NCBI GenBank assembly: GCA_965116925.1
Contig: OZ220744.1
Location: 128,001-192,000, forward strand
Length of the DNA: 64,000 nucleotides
Reading direction: 5' to 3'
Source: Candidatus Poribacteria bacterium
GTDB taxonomy: Bacteria; Poribacteria; WGA-4E; PCPOR2b
Shown: positions 60,599-64,000 of the stretch, one piece after another
How the letters are laid out: each line of letters begins with the position of its first letter
Position numbering within the stretch: position 1 is the stretch's first letter
Position numbers and translations under genes: made by a program
Notes under the pieces: generated by a model
Database searches by the model: none
What the model saw: the letters and a program-made list of their open reading frames with translations, nothing else
What the model was told of the DNA's origin: nothing

Positions 60599-60838
60599 AT
60601 GGCAGTTTTAAGACTTCGTTTGACTTTCCCTCCGGACCTGATCACTGAGCCTATCATCCACAACATCGGTCAGCAGTACAACGTGATCACGAGCATTCGA
60701 CGCGCCGATGTTACGTCTGACCGCGGGTGGGTTATCTTGGAGATTAGGGGTGAGCCTGACGAACTTGAACGGGTGGTTGAGCATCTCACTAACGTGAAGG
60801 TGCAAGTCGAGCCGATCGAAGGAGATGTCGTGCAGTGA
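60599..60838 (+). CDS. NIL domain protein
   Basis: L.FP..LI.EPII..IG..YNV...IRRADV..D.GW..LE..G; AAAGGAG RBS. Confidence 0.8.
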   Translation: MAVLRLRLTFPPDLITEPIIHNIGQQYNVITSIRRADVTSDRGWVILEIRGEPDELERVVEHLTNVKVQVEPIEGDVVQ

Positions 60839-60842
60839 CATA

Positions 60843-60870
60843 CTCCCACACCCTAAAGGGAGGGGGCATT
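60843..60870. repeat. Hairpin resembling IS200/IS605-family subterminal palindromes
   Basis: CTCCCACACCCTAAAGGGAGGGGGCATT; no transposase nearby. Confidence 0.35.
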
Positions 60871-60948
60871 AGATCGGAAGATTTCGGTAAAGAATTTAAC
60901 AAGCGCAGCGCGGGGAGAGCGGGTAAGTACGCAAGCAATTGACTGCTA

Positions 60949-63900
60949 CTAATCTGAAACCATACACTCCCCGTCAACAAAATAGGGACACGATGGACAA
61001 TGGTCCCTATTCTTTTCAAACCCTCCCGCCCCGATTGCATCGGCATTTACAGCCTTCTGTATCCCGTTAATCCGTTCTAGCCACGTGCTCTCGATATCCA
61101 TTAATTCTTCTCTCATTATCTCCAACGAGTATGCCGTGGCGGGATCTGTAACGTAGACTGTCACCGGTATGACGTGCTGATCCGGATAGAGTCGGTGGAC
61201 AAGCAAGGCATATAGTTCGATTTGTGACCGATAATAATCCGCCGGATCGCCGATTCCTTCCCAATCAATTCTACCTCTTTCGTAATTGATAACCTGCCAC
61301 AACCCCCTTGAATCCTTGAAAAACCTATCTGCAGTACCTTCAACTATATGAGAACCAATCTCGGCGTGAATGTGCCGTTCATGATAAACTTCATCTGTGT
61401 GTAACGCTATCTCCTCAACTTTCGAGTCCAGAAAGCGATTAACATCTTTATGAGTTGTCTCAGTGACTACTCCGGGTTGGACTTCCGATGACGGCACTCG
61501 AATCTGGTGCTGTAAATAGAACCGCGTTGGACAGTGAGCATACGTTGTAAGTTCCGTCACCGAGACGGTCTTGTTCACAGAGGAAGGGATCAACGGTTTG
61601 ATATGGTACGCAGGAAATTCGATTGACAGTGGTGGGGTGGAGGCCTCTGCTTCAACAAAATCGAGTTCATTAGGGGACTTAATGATTCGGATTGGTAGAT
61701 CGAAGGGGATTGTCGTATCTTCCTCTCCTGATAGAGATTGGATCATTGTTGGATATAGAAGTTCGCCTGCCGAGGGCATCCCTAAAAGCCCTAGGGCATC
61801 AAACAGCCAGCCAAACCAACCCTTCGCTTCTCCTTTCTCGTTCAGGGTTCCCGATAGAATCAGGCGATCCCGAGCGCGGGTTGTTGCCACGTAAAAGAGA
61901 CGCTGTTCCTCTGCTACTCTTTTGTTAGTTGCGCGTTCCCGCATCAACTGTGTTGCCCCCGGATCGCTCTGTTCGTAGTTTTTGTCCGGGTTCGCAGGTC
62001 TAAAACCGATACCTAATAGATCATCTATCAACGGTTCTTGGTCATACCTTGTAGCCCTTCGATCCAGGTGAGGAAGGATGACGACCGGAAACTCAAGCCC
62101 TTTCGCCGCATGGATGGTCATTATCTCAACGGCATCCGTTGTCAATTGTGTTGTCGCTTGTCCCTCGCGTTCTTCCTCCTCAATCAGTAGATTCAACCGT
62201 TCCAAAAAATCGTGGAGGTCTGTGAACCCCAATCTTTCAAATTCCCTTGCAATTCCCAATAACTTTTCGTAGTTCGCCCACCGCTGCTCGCCACTCTGCC
62301 CAACAGAAAGCACACCGACCATTCCAGTTTCATTGACAATTTTTCGGATGAGTTCGCTCGGCGGGATATGGTGACAAATTTTAATATGACTTCGTAGTAT
62401 CTGGACCGCATCGCTTATCGGAAAGCTTGAAGATTGATCTTCCCAATCGACGTAAGCTTGGACCTTCTCCCAGAATGGTACTGAAGAAGAGTGCTGCGCT
62501 ATTTCATACAACTCTACATCTGAAACACCGAAGAATGGGGCGCGAAGAACCCCGGCAAGTGCCACATCGTTGTCGGGGTCGATAAGGAATTTCAGATAGT
62601 TACCGATGTCGTAAATCTCTTGACGTTGATAAAAACCGATACCGCCGGTGATTTTGTACGGAATCTCCGCTTCGAGCAAGGCAGATTCAATCTCCGGTAG
62701 GCGCGTCCGGCTCCGAATGAGAATGGCAATGTCACCATATCGGATCTGCCGGGGTTTTTCACCGTTGTCCTCAGCCTTCCAAATCGTTCCATCTGTATCG
62801 ACCAAGTGACAAATGCGTGCCACAATCAGATCATTTTCGTCAACTGGAGATTCTGATTCACCCTCTGCCTCTCCCTTTGAGCCGATGAGCAACTCTACAT
62901 CGCCAGGCTGATCCGTGATCCTCCCCTGAATCAGCGGCTCATACTCAACTTCAAACTCATTCCGGCCTTTCATGAGCGACCCAAAAACCAGATTGACAAA
63001 ACCCACAAGATTTCGCAACAGGCGAAAATTTTCAGGAAGACGGAGGGCACCGCGCTTCTCTAAGTCGTTTGCATCAAGTATCTGCCCCGCCCAAGTAAAG
63101 TTTTTGGTCAATGCAGATTGATATTCGGTGATCTCCTGCCGTGTTTGATCGAATACCCGCACATCTGCCCCACGAAACCTGTAGATACTCTGGTTCTGAT
63201 CGCCAACAATAAACAGATTGCCCGATTTGAAATCCGAGATCAGTGGCTTAAGAATCTCATATTGTAGCTGATCCGTATCTTGATACTCATCAACCATGAT
63301 ATAAGGGTATCTTTGGGCGAGTTGCTCGCGAATTGATTCCTGCTGTAATAGGTCCCTAACCTTGATCTGAAGATCATCGAAATCGAGTTGTCCCGCTTGG
63401 CGTTTACGATTTTCGTAGGCGCGTTGAACATCGTCATAGATATGTATCAACAGGCGAGTCATGCGAATAAGTAGTTTATCATCATCGGTAAAAACTGGAA
63501 AGGATAGAACATGATTTGCTGCATGAACAAGAAAATCAATCTCCCCCTCGATCGCCTCCGTCCTGACATTCCTGCCTAGTAAATTTTGCTTGCTAATTGT
63601 TCCGCCTTGGGTTACGATAAGAGGTGCGATCTCTGTCAAAAATGGAGCAACCTCCTGTAGCTCCATATCCGGCTGAATCTGATCTGTTAATTCCTGTACC
63701 TTCCTCTTATTTTTCCCTTTGGCAATTTCTAAGACGCTGTTCAGACAACGTGACCAATCCTCAAGAGGGAACCGATCTATTAAACTCTCCTCTAGTTGCG
63801 ATTGTACAAAATCATGCCAACCTTCCAACACCTCTGAATCCGTACGGCAGTATAAGTCGCGCCTCAGTCGCTCCACCACCTCACGTTGATTCACCAGTTC

Positions 63901-64000
63901 GGATAAATGTCCCTCAAGCCGACTTTTTCCAAAGATTCGCAGTAATTTTACAAGTTTCACACGAGTTTCATCTTCATCGGAACGCTCGGCGATCTCTCTG
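60949..64000 (-). CDS. AddA/UvrD-like ATP-dependent helicase with degenerate PD-(D/E)XK domain; 5' part outside the window
   Basis: IMVDEYQDT, VGD.NQSIYRFRGA, NFR, MTIHAAKGLEF, EE.RL.YVA.TRA. The frame stays open to the window edge. Confidence 0.9.
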   Translation of the reverse strand, partial: REIAERSDEDETRVKLVKLLRIFGKSRLEGHLSELVNQREVVERLRRDLYCRTDSEVLEGWHDFVQSQLEESLIDRFPLEDWSRCLNSVLEIAKGKNKRKVQELTDQIQPDMELQEVAPFLTEIAPLIVTQGGTISKQNLLGRNVRTEAIEGEIDFLVHAANHVLSFPVFTDDDKLLIRMTRLLIHIYDDVQRAYENRKRQAGQLDFDDLQIKVRDLLQQESIREQLAQRYPYIMVDEYQDTDQLQYEILKPLISDFKSGNLFIVGDQNQSIYRFRGADVRVFDQTRQEITEYQSALTKNFTWAGQILDANDLEKRGALRLPENFRLLRNLVGFVNLVFGSLMKGRNEFEVEYEPLIQGRITDQPGDVELLIGSKGEAEGESESPVDENDLIVARICHLVDTDGTIWKAEDNGEKPRQIRYGDIAILIRSRTRLPEIESALLEAEIPYKITGGIGFYQRQEIYDIGNYLKFLIDPDNDVALAGVLRAPFFGVSDVELYEIAQHSSSVPFWEKVQAYVDWEDQSSSFPISDAVQILRSHIKICHHIPPSELIRKIVNETGMVGVLSVGQSGEQRWANYEKLLGIAREFERLGFTDLHDFLERLNLLIEEEEREGQATTQLTTDAVEIMTIHAAKGLEFPVVILPHLDRRATRYDQEPLIDDLLGIGFRPANPDKNYEQSDPGATQLMRERATNKRVAEEQRLFYVATTRARDRLILSGTLNEKGEAKGWFGWLFDALGLLGMPSAGELLYPTMIQSLSGEEDTTIPFDLPIRIIKSPNELDFVEAEASTPPLSIEFPAYHIKPLIPSSVNKTVSVTELTTYAHCPTRFYLQHQIRVPSSEVQPGVVTETTHKDVNRFLDSKVEEIALHTDEVYHERHIHAEIGSHIVEGTADRFFKDSRGLWQVINYERGRIDWEGIGDPADYYRSQIELYALLVHRLYPDQHVIPVTVYVTDPATAYSLEIMREELMDIESTWLERINGIQKAVNADAIGAGGFEKNRDHCPSCPYFVDGECMVSD

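Overview
Gene-dense 64 kb chromosomal window from a diderm bacterium. The gene mix is six Gfo/Idh/MocA oxidoreductases, three SDRs, PhyH dioxygenases, exported HEAT- and NHL-repeat proteins, DUF1501/DUF1549-1553 and an FGE-sulfatase protein. This is reminiscent of Candidatus Poribacteria, which is an inference only. Recognisable genes are a partial lpxL/htrB-type acyltransferase (absent from the ORF track), rsgA, ggt, a diaminopropionate ammonia-lyase, a TPP riboswitch with thiC, gndA, a ClpX-like ATPase, a cysK-cysH-ubiquitin-like carrier-JAB-NIL sulfur cluster and a partial AddA/UvrD helicase. I saw no rRNA, tRNA, CRISPR array, prophage or intact transposase. The best leads are: (1) an rsgA operon with an attenuator-like leader (promoter, 38-aa sORF, terminator) and a coupled GNAT fused to a ValRS-arm-like coiled coil; (2) a DUF3179 selenoprotein that the ORF track splits at an in-frame UGA (UPLC motif plus SECIS-like hairpin); (3) an apparently autoregulated MarR/degenerate-rubrerythrin fusion with an orphan ECF sigma, facing a promoter-driven structured RNA candidate; (4) exported HEAT-repeat proteins with constant scaffolds and variable surface positions; (5) nested intergenic repeats in which MITE-like carriers hold exchangeable GTAG-REP cargo, and a repeated hairpin that appears to double as the riboswitch terminator. 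All calls were made by eye, without database searches.
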